Source: Octopus vulgaris (Eukaryota). From it: a stretch of DNA of 64,000 nucleotides. Below the pieces are notes generated by a model. That model made no database searches and was not told where the DNA came from. It worked only from the letters and a program-made list of their open reading frames with translations. A program made the position numbers and the translations under genes. The DNA lies in assembly GCA_951406725.2 (NCBI GenBank), contig OX597820.1:71424001-71488000 (forward strand). The letters run 5' to 3'. Of the stretch, positions 24,135-37,847 are shown one piece after another; position 1 is the stretch's first letter, and the number at the start of each line of letters is the position of its first letter.

Positions 24135-27100
24135 TAAGATAAGAAATATATTATGAAATGTTTACTCAGCTTTAATTTGTTGCAATCCTGCCTAAAATTA
24201 AATATTTCATCCAATAACAAATGGTAAATAGCACTTGTATTATTTGGGATTTAAAAAAAAACCCACGTACATACACAGTATAAAAATCTGATTTGTACTC
24301 ACTACACTAAATTCCTTAGAATGAAGTCAAATTTTGTTCATTATGTTGCTTGAAAAATTAATAAAAATAGAAACAAATATTCTGATATTTAACATCTGAT
24401 TTTCCCTACTTGTATGTATTGAATAGCCATATATCTTATTTGTATGTGTTTCATTTTCCATTTCTGACATATGATCTGATCATCCGAAGCATGCTTTGGG
24501 CTATCTCTACTTGAAGCCTTGTCCTCTGCCATATGGACATTTGTCCCATATCGACTCTTATTCATTGCTGTTACTTAATCAGTACCAGAGCAGTCATCTC
24601 TCTTGGACTTATTGTCTGCTGATTATATTACCCAAGAACATTCTCCCTTTGTTCTTAATATGACTCTTCTATTAAAATAGAATATTTAATATCTTATAAT
24701 GTAGTCATTTCTTACCAATTGTGGCATATTCTCTGACTTAACTGTCCAAGTTTCTGAGCGAGCAAATGAGAGAGAGTGAGAGGAGAGAGTGGAAGAGATA
24801 GAGAAAAATATTCCCTAATATTTACTTTACAGTTTTTAGGTTAGTGTTGTAAAATAACTTGAAAGAGAATTAATTTCTACAATGTCCCAATCATGGAATG
24901 AAGGATTGCACATATTTATTGCATCATGATCAAGTACATTGCAGCTGTGATCATTCAGTCTAATAACAAACGTATCTTGGATTACATTATTCATTGTGCA
25001 CTTTTCTCATTTAAACAGTTATGCAATTTGAGGGCGATATGACTGAAGTATTAATTAGATGGATGATATTCATCTGAATGTAATCAAAAATTCAAAAGCT
25101 AATTTAATGTAATAGTGGAACATATTTTGGATTGTGTCTGCTTCTGTCTAGGAGCTGTTTTATACAGAATACTGCAGACTCTGCTTGCAAACTTCATTAG
25201 TTCTTTTAACTTAGCTCTTTGCTATATAGCTTGAACCATTTTCTTTTTCAGAATCACTTTGATACTTAGATTTTGCCTTATTGTAATCTCTAAGTCTGCT
25301 TTACTGAAGCTTACACAGCCAAATTAGGTAAATGAATGATTAACATGATATCAGATAATTTTAGAACCTTCAGCATCTCAAAGACTGAGAGGTTTTTACA
25401 ATCCATTTGCCTCTTTTTGTATCAGTCTTTTCTTGAACATTTTGTCTAGTCCCTATAGCTAATTATTCTAGTATTTCTATTGTGATAAGACCTTTTCTTT
25501 CCCAGTTGATTAGAGTAATCTCTTATGGTAACTCTTGTATGCTTCTTTTTTCCCCTTTATCATTGAAAACCAATTATTTTGAATATCTGCATCAACAGGA
25601 TTCTGTTTTACAGTTTAAAGGCTTTTTTTTTTATTCCTCATTCTCACAAATGTTAGTATATCTACAATTGTGCATTTGATTAACTTTTAACTTTTGTACC
25701 ATACCATATTCTCATGCCTTTCAAGCAAGTTGGGTTACATTCTATGTTCTTAGATATACATTCTTGTAGCTATAACAATCCTCTTATTTCTACATTATAC
25801 TAATCTGAAAAGGATTGATAACTGAATATTGAGAAATTGTGCATGATACATTATTAACAATAATGATACATGTCTAGAGAAGAATGATCTAGAGGAAGTA
25901 GTGAGATAGATAAAAGAATTGTAAAACTAAAATATTGACAAATACAAATGCACTGCTTAGCTCTCTCTATACCTTTAGTATGTCAGTATGTAAAGAATCT
26001 TAACAATTATAGTTTGAAGGAATCATTTCCTGGTATGTTCTTTTCTATAAAAACAGATGAAGAAACTTTATTCAACTTTAATAGATTTTATAAATTAATT
26101 CTATTTATGTTTTATTGTTAAACTTATTTTGAAACAACTTATTTTAAATCCTAAGCTCTTCATGAAGTTTGCTTGTGTAAAGTTATTAGAGATCATTCTT
26201 TTAATAAATTTTTCTATATTTTTATATACTTTCAAAAGGCTATTTCTAAATTGTTTGTTCTTTAAAAATCATAATTTCAAAAGTAGTTTAATTTTCTTTT
26301 TATAAATTGCAACCTAGAACAACTTTTTGTTCGCATTGAAATGGATACTACTGAATTTAAAATTAGATTGCATGGCTCGTCACTAGATGTACTTGGCTAA
26401 GAAACAAAATAATTTTGGGGAGTATGTGAAATTTGAAGAGACTTAGAAATAATGTGATATTGATTACAACATAAAAAATAAAAAAAGAAGCAGCTACTAT
26501 GCATTTTGAAAATGTCGAGACAAATTAGTAATTCAACTCAAGTGAATTTTTTCTTTTTTACTGTAGGCTACATGCTTCATTCAGATCCAGTTTAATTTTT
26601 ATTTTATTTTTCACTATACTAAAGCAAGAAAACATCTTACTAGTGCACAACTGATATTTTATAATTAGTTTGGAAATATTGCTAAATAAGGAATGTAGAA
26701 TAAGGAAAATAAGGAAACATATAAATAAGTTTGAAAGTAATATATCAACCCTCACTTATCTGGTATTAATTATAGATATATATGAATGACTTTTTAAGCT
26801 TATAATATTCAGAGATATTTACGTCATTTATGTTTATATAATTTATTGGTCTTACTGTGTTGAAAATAAAATTCTATGCTTTGTGGTACCATGTTCAAAT
26901 CTATTTACTGTTTACATTTCCTCTTTTAAAGTAAATAAAATGTGTTTCTCTTACATACTAGAGCCAACAGAGTATTTTGTAATTGCACCCTTCATTATCT
27001 CTGTTATCTGTTCATCAATAAAGTCTTTCATTGTAAGACCTTGTTTGGCCTTTCTATCAAGGCCTGTGATGAAGTCTTCAGTCCTTCATTCTCTCTCTCT

Positions 27101-27171
27101 CTCTCTCATGCACACACCCATAGATGCCTTTTTCTCCTAGCATATATTTTCTTCCACCTATACATATGCAT

Positions 27172-27477
27172 GGAGGCACATGGCCTAGTGGTTAGAGCAG
27201 CAAACTCATGGTTGAGGGATCGCGGGTTCAAATCTCGGACCGGGTAGTGTGTGTGTTTATGAGTGAAACACCTAAGCTCCACATGGCTCCAGCAGAAAGT
27301 AATGGCAAACTTCTGCTGATTCTTTCACCACAACTTTCTCTCCCTCTTTCCCCCTGCAACTAGTAGCTCACCTTTGACGGACTAGCATCCCATCCAGGTG
27401 GGGAACCTATACACCAATGAAACTGGGAAACCAGCCCTTATGAGCCAGGCATGGCTTGAGAAGGAACAAGCAGCAAC
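27172..27477 (+). mobile_element. tRNA-derived SINE family C, full length with 12-bp TSD
   Basis: A box tggcctagtgg, B box gggttcaaatc; TSD atacatatgcat at 27160-27171 and 27478-27489. Confidence 0.85.
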
Positions 27478-27639
27478 ATACATATGCATAAAATTTTAAC
27501 TGAGTTTTAATCATCTTAATTTAAATAAGTCATTCTTATCTGAGGGCCTGCATATAGGTCCTGCTTTTCCATATCAGATGAATTATTTTGAAAAAGCATA
27601 ACAACCACAAGAATTATGCAATATATATAGGTATGGCGT

Positions 27640-27948
27640 AGCACCTTCATCAAGTGTCTTCTATAGCCTCAGACTAATCAAAGCCTTGTGAGTGGATTTG
27701 ATAGATGGAAACTGAAAGAATCGCTTCATATGTGTGTGGGTTTCTGTGTGTCATTGTGTATGCTTTTCTCCCACCACTACTTGATAACTAGTATTGGTGT
27801 GTTTACATCCCCATAACTTAATGGTTTTACAAAAGATACTGATAGAATAAGTACCAAGCTTTACAAAAGTAGGTACTGGGGTTAATTCATTCAACTAAAA
27901 ATTCTTTATTCATGGCTGCAGTATAATGACTGAAACAAATAAAAGATA
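27640..27948 (+). mobile_element. SINE family A, 5'-degraded
   Basis: caagtgtcttctatagcctc...gatagaataagtacc...catggctgcag...gactgaaacaaataaaaga. Confidence 0.75.
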
Positions 27949-28337
27949 TGTTATTTGAGTTTATGGCTGTGTAGATAAGGAATATATTTTGCAATCATGA
28001 GATAAGGAGCATATTTTGCAATCATGTTGACTAAGTGTCTATCATATATTACTATCACCAATTTTAACAGCCCTTGTTTCATACTTGCATAAATGAAATG
28101 AAACTTGCTGAGAAAGATTTTCTATAGTTGGATGTTCTTTTTGTTACCAATTATGTTTCCAAGAAAGCTAATATTTGCCTTAGTTCTTCAAATACAAGCA
28201 GCTTAATGTTTCCATAGAAGAGTGGAAATTTGTGAGTACTGCTTACTTACAGTTAGAACATCACTTTGAGACAAGGAGTTGCACATACACATGCACGCAC
28301 AAGCACATGCACACACACACACACACACACACACACC

Positions 28338-29345
28338 CATTACATCAATGACATAGGGGACATCATCAAACATTCTACATTGAAAATCTTTGCCGATGAT
28401 TCCAAACTCCAGAAAGCCATAAACGGTATAGGAGACCAAACATGCCTTCAGTCAGATTTGTTTGCTGTTGTCCAATGGGCAGAAAAAAAACAATATGCTT
28501 CTGAATGAAGATAAGTTTGATCTGAACCACTTTGGAAAAGAGGACACTCTTAAATTACCATTTGCTTTTTTCTCGGGTGACTCCCTAGTGTTGTCCAACA
28601 ATACCAGAGACCTTGGAGTAATTGATAACAATCTAAGCTGGATTTCCCACGTAAACAGCAAGGTTGACTTGGCCCGCAAGATGTACCCCTGGATTCTGAG
28701 AACTTTCCAGTCTAGAGATGTGTAGACCATCATCCTTTTCTACTCTACTATTGCCTGACCCCACCTTGAGTACTGTTGTCCACTGTGGCCTCCCCATACG
28801 AAGCAACTCATTATGAAAGTGGAAGCACTCCATAGGACAATGACAAGAAAGATAGATGGCATGAGAGGCATTGAATTATTGGGGTCGACTAAAAAACTCA
28901 ATCTCTACTCTTCCCAGTGCTGCCAGGAATGCTACATCATTTGTGTGATATAGAAAATATTCCATCTATATTGCACAAATGATGTTGGCATCACTTTTAA
29001 AATCCATCCAAGACTTGTTCCCCATGCTATCTGCCCCCTACAAAAATCAAATTCAGGACACATAACATTATGTCACAACTACTTTACCTCAACCGTTCCA
29101 GCTCTCTTTAATACCACACAAAAATGCATCAATACAGAAATGGATCCCTTAAAATTCAAAAGTTCACTGGAAAAATTTCTTCAAAAAATCCTGGCCCAAC
29201 CTCCTACACCCAGATATGTCTCCAACAATAATAACTCTTTGTTAGAGTGGGCCATGGTGCCCCATATATGGAAAAAAGACTTCACCAGGTAGTTCTATAA
29301 GTTAGAGATGGCCTGGGTCTATACTGGCCGAAAACTATCAAAGTT
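28338..29345 (+). mobile_element. 5'-truncated degenerate CR1/L2-group LINE (family 2)
   Basis: YINDIGDIIKHSTLKIFADDSKL...LNEDKF...RDLGV...WILRTF; frameshifted; tail ...atggcctgggtctatactggccgaaac. Confidence 0.85.
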
Positions 29346-29382
29346 AGTTTTATATGTGTGTGTGTATGTATATATATATATA

Positions 29383-31410
29383 TTTTTTTTCTTGTTTCAG
29401 CTCAGAGCTGCGGCCATGCTGATGCACCGCCGTTTTGTGCTACACTGTTATTACGAAGAACCTCCTCTAATATGTGGCACTTGGTGAAGAATGGAGTTTG
29501 ATATAGCTACTCTCATTTGCACCTCTTGCCATGAGGTAGGTTCATCTGGGACTCTCAACAGAAAGATGTCCAGCTTTGATTTAAAAACCGCTACATCTAC
29601 TTTGTGCAAGTTCCTCAGACTCTTCGGGAGAATATTAAAAAGCTGTGGGCCCTTGAAACCCAGGCTGTTGCAGAAGCTGGTCCTGAAGCATGATGGAATT
29701 GCTGGGATCTTTGGCACTATGCAGTGTCGTCCCGTTCTAGCATTGGTGTAGCTTACAATGCCAAAATTTGGCACAATTCCTTCCGGGATCTTCCAGACAT
29801 ATATTACTGCATAGCTCTCCCATCTTCTCTCCAGGGAGTAGAGTCTTAGCTGTTTCAACCTTTCCCAGTAGCTGAACTGTTGCAAAGAGACGATCTTCTT
29901 TGTGAATCTTCTCTGGATTGCTTCAAGGTCCGCTGTTAATTTTACACTGGTGGGTGACCATAGCTGTGAGCAGTAATCCAGGCGGCTGAGGACGAATGTC
30001 CGCCAGAGGACCATCATGGTTTCCTTATCTCTGGTTCTGAATGTTCTTAGGATCCATCCAGCCAGTCGACTGCACTTTGTCGCCATCCTGGTAATGTGCA
30101 CTTGGAAAGAGGTATCCTCACTCATCTCGATACCCAGGTCCCTCACAGACTTTGGCTCTGGGATTGAAATTCCCTGTGGACCAGTGTATCCTGTAAGTTT
30201 AATATTCAGTTTTGGATGCTGGTAGCACAGGGTCTGGAATTTTTCAGCATTAAACTGCATATTATTATCCTCAGCCCATCTGTAGATTGAGTCCAACTCC
30301 TGCTGCAGGTGTGCAACATCACTGGGGTTCTGTATTTTCTGTGAGACTTTCGTATCGTCTGCATAGCTTGCCAGAGTGGCCATCTGGGCATTTGAGGGCA
30401 TATCTGAGAGGGCCACTATAAAAAGTAGTGGTCCCAAGACAGTGCCCTGTGGAACACCACTCACTATTTGTGTGTTCATAGAGGTGGCTCCATTAACCAC
30501 TACTGCCTGACTCCTATCTTTCAGGAAGTCATGTAACCACACTCCAAGTTTTCCAGCTATGCCGAGGTCACGCAGTTTGTGGCATATCATACCATGATCC
30601 ACCTTGTCAAAAGCTTTTGCAAAATCAAGGTACATTACGTCCACATTTGATTTGTTGAGTAACTGCCTCAACACCTAGTCATAATGTTGTAAGAGCTGGG
30701 TCAGGCAGCTCCTACCTGATCGAAAACCATGCTGGGTATCACTCAGCAAGTTATTTTCCTCAAGGAATGCGATTAGTTTCTTTCTGACTATCCGTTCCAT
30801 GACTTTGCTGATGTGTGAAGTCAGAGAGATAGGCCTATAGTTTTTGGCATCTGCTCTACTTCCCCCTTTATGTATTGGGCATATTATTCCCTCCTTCAGC
30901 TTGCTTGGCAGTTTGCCATTTGTAAGAAAGCTCTGGAAGAGAATCTTGAGGGGTTTTGCCAGGGCATGCTTACACGCCTTGAGGAGGATTGCTGGGAAAC
31001 CATCTGGACCAGCAGCTGAGTTTGTGTCCACTTCATCTATGGCTTGTAGGACATCTTTTTCGCTAATGTCAATGCATTCTATTGTAACCTCCTCACTGGT
31101 TATAGGTGAGGTGGCAAAGGAGTCCACTGGTTCGTTCACTTGTTTGTGTTCCAACGGGGCAGTAAAGACACTTTTGAACTGGTCATTCAGCATCTCACTG
31201 ATCTTAGTTGGACTGTCTGTGAGGGAGCCATCCGTTTGTAGGAGGGGTCTTATCTTGTAGTGCACTGAGACTATTTCTTTCGCATAATGAAAGAAGGCCT
31301 TTGGGTTTGATTTAATGTTTTTTATAACGCAGGCTTCTTTGTCTGCTTTCTCCCTCACATAGGATTGTTATAGCCTTTTTTCGATCTCTATCAGTGTTGT
31401 TTTTAGGCGG
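29383..31410 (-). mobile_element. 5'-truncated, young CR1/L2-group LINE; ORF2 RT region broken by one in-frame stop
   Basis: ORFs 30675-31358 and 29451-30674 are in frame, separated by TAG (HYD*VL). Motifs AAGPDG, YRPISLTS, QHGFR, YLDFAKAFDKV, GVPQGTVLGP, YADD; 3' UTR and A-rich tail. Confidence 0.93.
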
Positions 31411-32287
31411 GACGTTTCGCTACTTTTATATATATATGCATATATTTGTATGTATGTGTGTGTGTGTGTGTGTATACATATATTCAACAGACTGCTTTCT
31501 GTTTCCTTTCTACCAAATACACTTGCATTGTTTTAGTTGGCCAGAGTGCAGTGGCCTAAACCCTGCAATCGTTGTTACAAAGTGAACTTCATAATCACAC
31601 AACCATTTTTGTGCTTATATACATGTGTGATTCTCTCTCTCTCTCTCTCTCCCTCTCTCTCTGTATAAATAAATAAATAAATAAATATATATATATATCA
31701 TTTCTATGGCTTTTCTGTATCCATAGCCTTTTCAGACACTCCTTAGAATAACAGTGACAATAGTTAATCTTCAGTTTGAATTTTTGTATGTTTGTTAGTG
31801 AAAGGAAAATTTGTGCAGGAAAATGGTTTTAGAAAGTGCAACTCTACTTAAAACGGCTTTGGGTAAGTCTAGTGAATAATGAATAAGATCAATGCTGCAA
31901 GTTAGGTAATTGGAATTTTGTACTCAAAGCAAGTCCAGAGGTACAGAGACTATTGTAAAAGCAGTAAAAGAGATAAATGGTGCATACACATACATTAGAT
32001 GAGAACATACATACATATATGTGTGTGTGTGTGCCCCCCACCCCTCCCCATTTAATGTATTTGTACATATCTAGCTGTGGGAAGACCTTTCACCATGGAA
32101 ATCGTCTCAGAAAATCTTATTCATATGCAATGTGTGTTAAACTATATTTCCACCCTGAAAGATCTTAACCATGTCTGAGTGTATACAAATGTGTTAAATA
32201 CAATTGCATTGTACACACATTTATTTCATTCAATGATGCTTCATGTGCCTTATATATCTATTCATATATATATATATATATATATAT

Positions 32288-32521
32288 CTTTCTTTTTACT
32301 TGCTTTAGTCATATGACTGCAGCTGAGGTGGGGTGGGGGGTTGCCTTGAGGGATTTTAGTCAAAAAAATCAACCCTAGAACATATTTTTGCAGCTTAGTA
32401 CTTATTTTCTTGGTTTCTTTTGCCAAAGCACTAAGTTATGGGGACATAAAAAAGACCAACACTGCTTCTCAAGCAATGGTGGGGGACAAACACAAAGACA
32501 CACATAAATATATACATACAT

Positions 32522-32560
<39 letters not shown>

Positions 32561-32705
32561 CAGACTTCTCTTAGTTTCTGTCTACCAAAATCCATTCACA
32601 AGGCTTCGGTTGGCCTGTGGCTATAGTAGATGCCTAACATGCCACACAGTGGGACTGAACCCAAAACCATGTGGTGGGGAAGCCAGCTTCTTACCACACA
32701 ACCGC
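32288..32705 (-). mobile_element. SINE family A, near full length
   Basis: Reverse complement of 48523-48911 with internal (TA)n. Confidence 0.75.
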
Positions 32706-32739
32706 ACATAGTGTATGTATTTTATATCTGTCTTTCTGT

Positions 32740-33382
32740 GCAGGTATGGTTGTATCAGTAAGAAGTCTTCACAATCATGTAGTTTTGGGATCAATCTCAC
32801 CATGTAACTAACCTCTAAAATAGCCCGAGGCTGACCAAATCCTTGTGGGGGAATTTGGGAGAGAGAAACTACTGAAGCCTGCTGTGTGTGCATGCAAGTG
32901 TGTGTGTGTGTGTGCGTGCGTGTGTGTGCTTGTCTTGACATTGTGTGCTAATCATAAACAATGTATGATTGCAATCTTCTATCAAAACATGTCCAGCCAT
33001 TGTACTCATCTTTGTTTAAAGGATGAGGGGAATTATATCTTGCTTGGAAAAAAATGGGGGTTGTCATTGGAAGAAGCATCTGGATATAGAAAGAAGCTAC
33101 CTCAATGGATTTAGACTAGTTTTAGTTGGCCAGAGTGCAGTGGTCTAAACCCTGCAATCGTTGTTACAAAGTGAACTTCATAATCACACAACCATTTTAA
33201 TGTTTAGAGGAATATCTAAGATGTGAATAGTAAATATTATCTGTGTGCACGGTTTCATAAAACAGGGCAACATATTTCCTTAGAATATTATAGTCATAGC
33301 AAAGCTTGTGTCTATACCTGTCCACTGTGTGTGTGTGTGAATGTAGTGCATAGAGAAGTGAAAGTTAAAATGATGATGATGG
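32740..33382 (+). mobile_element. SINE with RTE-like (GAT)n tail, interrupted by a locally copied insert
   Basis: tRNA-like head, (TG)n, ggaagaagcatctggatatagaaa...aagtggaaagttaaaatgatgatgat; 33119-33351 is foreign. Confidence 0.6.
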
Positions 33383-35934
33383 TGTAGATGAAGTCTAGAA
33401 ATAAGCTAGAATATTATAAAGTAAAATATCATGTCTCTTTTTAAGTGCCTTATTTTACAACTCATGGTTATCTAATAACTCTTTAGTTTCCTGTATTAGA
33501 TTATTAAGAGCATCCATATCTCTGATATGCATAAAAGATGTACTATCTTGGGCACAACCTTATCATATTGTTTAACTCTCCCACTTAGATTTCATTTACC
33601 TTTGACAGGGTCATTCTGTGGCAAGTATTTTAGACTAGATCCCCATTTTGAGGATAACTGGATGTATTGATGTTCTGCTTCCTATTGTTATGAGTTATGG
33701 TTTCATGATCACTTTTCCCCAGTAATATTGGGGGTCCTTGTGGAAAGCATCCTTCTCCCTTTGAGTAAAACATTAAAAACAAGAGAAAATGTAACTACTC
33801 TTCAAATATTTTCTTATGTTGAATGGTAATTTTCATAAGCCATTATCTCTTTGTGGTTTTACTCAAAGCTTTTTTACTCATGTATTATGTCAAGTGATTT
33901 TATTTCCACTCTAAGATATAAACTAGAGTTGAATTCATTGCAACAAACTAATAAAGTAGTCATCAATTTTACAGTATCACAATTATAATATGGTACTTAA
34001 AAATCAATAAGATTGAGAATAAGTTTGAAAAAATATTTCAAAAACCTTACAACTTTACCTAAATTATAATTTTATATAATTACCTGTTGTTATTAGTGCA
34101 CTGGGTTATGTTACTGAATAGTTAGATAATAATCTTGACTAGGTGAGACCATGTAATGCATATTCTGTAAGTTCAATCTATATGGAACAATTAAAATAGT
34201 TGAAACTTTTCTAAAACTTACATGTGTTTTATTGTTATTACTATCTTTATTCTAGTGAGAGAGCTGTGTCATTACAGACATATTACAATACCTGTAATCA
34301 AATAGAATTTGTCAACCTTTATGGTGGATGGTCACCTTCAAGGTGACTTGGCTTTTTAGGCTGTCTTACTCTATCTGATGTGGGTGGTAAAATACTTTGG
34401 CATCTGATTTTATATTTAGATTTTCTATATACCTGCCAGATAAGAAGCAAATATTTAAAGATATTAATTCATCAGTAACCATGTAGATGCCCCCTCATTA
34501 GAAATGTGTGTATTTACATGTACATAGTTGGTTTGCAGGTAGGAGTTTGTTTGCAGGATGTGCATTTCCATGTATGTGACTCTGTCCATCCAGATGTGGT
34601 TCTGTAAGCATATCTTTATATGTTTACATGTTTGTGTATGATTTTACAGAATGATATTAAATGCAATTATTATTTATTGGCTAATTTTGTAATATAATGT
34701 GAATATAATAACATTCTGTGTTTTATATGGCTTTCTTTATGGTTGCTGAATCACTGAAAGAATAGCTTTCGAGTTTCAAACTGATACAACGATGTCAAGG
34801 CACACTGTCATAATTTAGGTAAGATAATCTAATGTTTAGAGGAATATCTAAGATGTGAATAGTAAATATTATCTGTGTGCACGGTTTCATAAAACAGGGC
34901 AACATATTTCCACAGAATATTATAGTCATAGCAAAGCTTGTGTCTATAGCTGTCCACTGTGTGTGTATGTGTGAATGTAGTGCATGAATAGGGCTGATTT
35001 AAGTTTCACGCAACACAAAGCATTATTCAGTTAAAGAGAATTTGAGTGAAGGTTTCACTTGGAATCATTCTATACAACATATTGACTATTCTTAGTTTTG
35101 TGATTGTAGCCACTTACTTATTATATATGCAAAAAGCTTCTTTCATTTTCTGTCTACCGCATCCACTCACAAGAAGACACTTGCCTGTACAGTGGGACTG
35201 AACTTCAAACCACAGGGTTTTGGAGTCAGTCCCATTGTGTGTCATCTTAGGCAGTACTTGGGAACACTTAACCACACAGCCACTTGTGCGCGTGTGTGTG
35301 CATGAGTGCATGTGTTTGTGTGTGTGTACGTGTGTAGATAGTTAGATAAATAGAGAGATATATAGAAAAATTATTGCTACATCTTTTTTATGATTTTAGG
35401 TTGGAGTCTGGGAATTTGTACAGTATAATCTTCAGTGAATTTGTGCAGTAGCTGAGGATTATATATATATGTATATTGATTCCCGAGTTGTATTTGTTTG
35501 CCAAGTGATTTCATTTGGGATAATTTTTGAGAATAGTCATTTTATGTATGTAAAGTGTATGTAAAACTTATGTACAGTGTTACATTCATGTTTGACACCA
35601 TAATTTCAAAATAATCATTTCAAATTTTGTTAAAAGATCAACAGTTTTAGGAGGAGGGGTTTTGGTTGATTACATTGACTTCAGTACTTACCTAGTCCTT
35701 CATTTTATAATCCTCAAACAGATGAAAGGCAAAGTTAACCCCAGAATGATTTGATCTCAGAACATAAAGAACTAGAAAAGAATGCCACAATAACAGCTCA
35801 TTCTTTCAGTTTACCTGTTCTTTCAAAATAATAATAAAGATACTATAACACCATATTTGGGCAATTATCTTCTACCATAGTCTCTTGTGAGTGGAATTTG
35901 GTTCATGAAAATTATACAGTGCTTAAATGCTATC

Positions 35935-37345
35935 ACCATTTTTTTAGATATCTATCCTTGATGCTGGCATAGATTGGATGGTTTGACAGGATCTGATGGG
36001 TCAGAGGATTGCATCATGCCTCAATGTCTACTTTGGAATGGTTTCTATAGCTGAATGCCCTTCTTAATGCCAACCACTTTACAGAGTGTGTTGGGTACTC
36101 TTTTTGTTATATAAGCATTGTAGATATCACTAGTTAGCTCATGTGACTAAAATCCCCATCAATTGAGTGGTGCTGCTGTGGAGAGGGAGATAGCTTTATG
36201 TCAAATGATGAAAGGTTGGAGTCTGAAAGAAGATGGAACAGATTTTTTTTTCTGCTGTAGAGGAGAGACATGGCTGCTCACATTACATAAAAATCAGTGA
36301 GAGTAATCAGTGTGAAGCTGGAAAGCGAAATAAAGATAATGGTGACAAGGTATGTCAGAGTGGGCCCTGGAGTAGAAGAAAAGGAAGGAAAACTGCATAG
36401 AGGTAGTCGGAATGTATAGAGAGAGTGAAGGATAGTTAGTGATGGAATAGGGGTGAAAATCTACTGAATGGTGAAAGATCAAGAAGGCAGGGTATGCTGA
36501 TGATAAGTATGAATTATTTGGAAGGAAGGAGAGAATAGATGATGACTAGGAATTTGAAAATGTGAAGTAGTGAATAGTGGAGGAGAAATGAAGGGCACAT
36601 CTGAGCTGGAAGGAAAAGGTTGGGTGAGTAGGTGATTATTAGAAGTACAGGAGGGTGAAGAGTAACAGGATAGAGGAAAGAGATAAGGTGTGAATAGGTA
36701 GGTTGCAAGAGTGTGAGTGAAGACAAAAACTTAGTGAATGGGGAGTGAGAGATGTATAGTTATATGAACAAATGAACAGGAAGGGTTCAGTGGAAAGAGG
36801 GGAGATCTACTTTTGAAGATTAGAAAGTAAGGTGACCAATGTAAAATGTGAGTGAAGAGGGGCAATGAATGAGGGAAGTCAAATAAAGGGGTTCCAGATT
36901 GTTAGAAAGATAACTGGTATAAAAAAAGATGATTAAATATGTGCTTCTTCCTTTGTTGAGTAACAGCTGCAGAATACTGCAGTTAGTCAAGTGATGGAGA
37001 GATCAGTGATTGAGAATGAGGATTTGGAGGGAAGCTTCAATGAAAAATATAGGTTAAGGGCCCCACCGTGTATACAAACATTATGCTTCCTGAATCTCAG
37101 TTTTTCTAAGATTGGCAGGTTTACTTGAGCTTTGCGTATAGCCGATCATCCTGGTCCTTTGTCATCTCCTTCATAAGACTTAAACTCCTGAGATCAGTCT
37201 TCACTACTTTACCCAATATCTTCTTGGGTCCCCTTCCATAAGTTTCATCCACTTAAGCTATCGATACTTCTTTATACAGCTGTCCTCATCCATATGCTTC
37301 ACATAACCTTACCATTGCAGTCGGCTCTCTTCCACACCGCATGTG
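35935..37345 (-). mobile_element. RTE LINE 3' end with ~0.9-kb purine/pyrimidine-skewed 3' UTR
   Basis: RTE body remnant 37080-37345, GA-rich (+) tract ~36150-37060, RTE tail 35935-36100 (gcccttcttaatgccaaccac). Confidence 0.55.
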
Positions 37346-37354
37346 ATATATGTA

Positions 37355-37395
<41 letters not shown>

Positions 37396-37499
37396 ATATG
37401 TAAATATATTTATGAATATATGCATACATGTGTGTGTGTATAGATATATATATATGAATATGCATAAATAATTAAATGAATATAAATATATATATATGT

Positions 37500-37529
<30 letters not shown>

Positions 37530-37530
<1 letters not shown>

Positions 37531-37847
37531 GAGGTGCTATGGCCCAGTGGTTTGGGCAGTGGACTTGCGGTCAGAGGATCACGGTTTCGATTCCCAGACC
37601 GAGCATTGAGTGTGTTTATTGAATGAAAACACCTAAAGCTCCATGAGGCTCCGGCAGGGGGTGGTGGTGACCCCTGTTGTACTCTTTCGCCCCAACTTTC
37701 TCTCACTTTTTCTTCCTGTTTCTTGAGTAATGCTGTGATGGACTGGTGTCCTGTCCAGCTGGGAAGAACACATATGCCATAGAAACTGGGAGACTGGGCC
37801 CATGAGCCTAGCTAGGCTTGAAAAGGGCACATAAATAAATAAAATAA
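37530..37847 (+). mobile_element. tRNA-derived SINE family C
   Basis: ggaggtgctatggcccagtgg...ggtttcgattccc...aaaagggcacataaataaataa. Confidence 0.85.
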
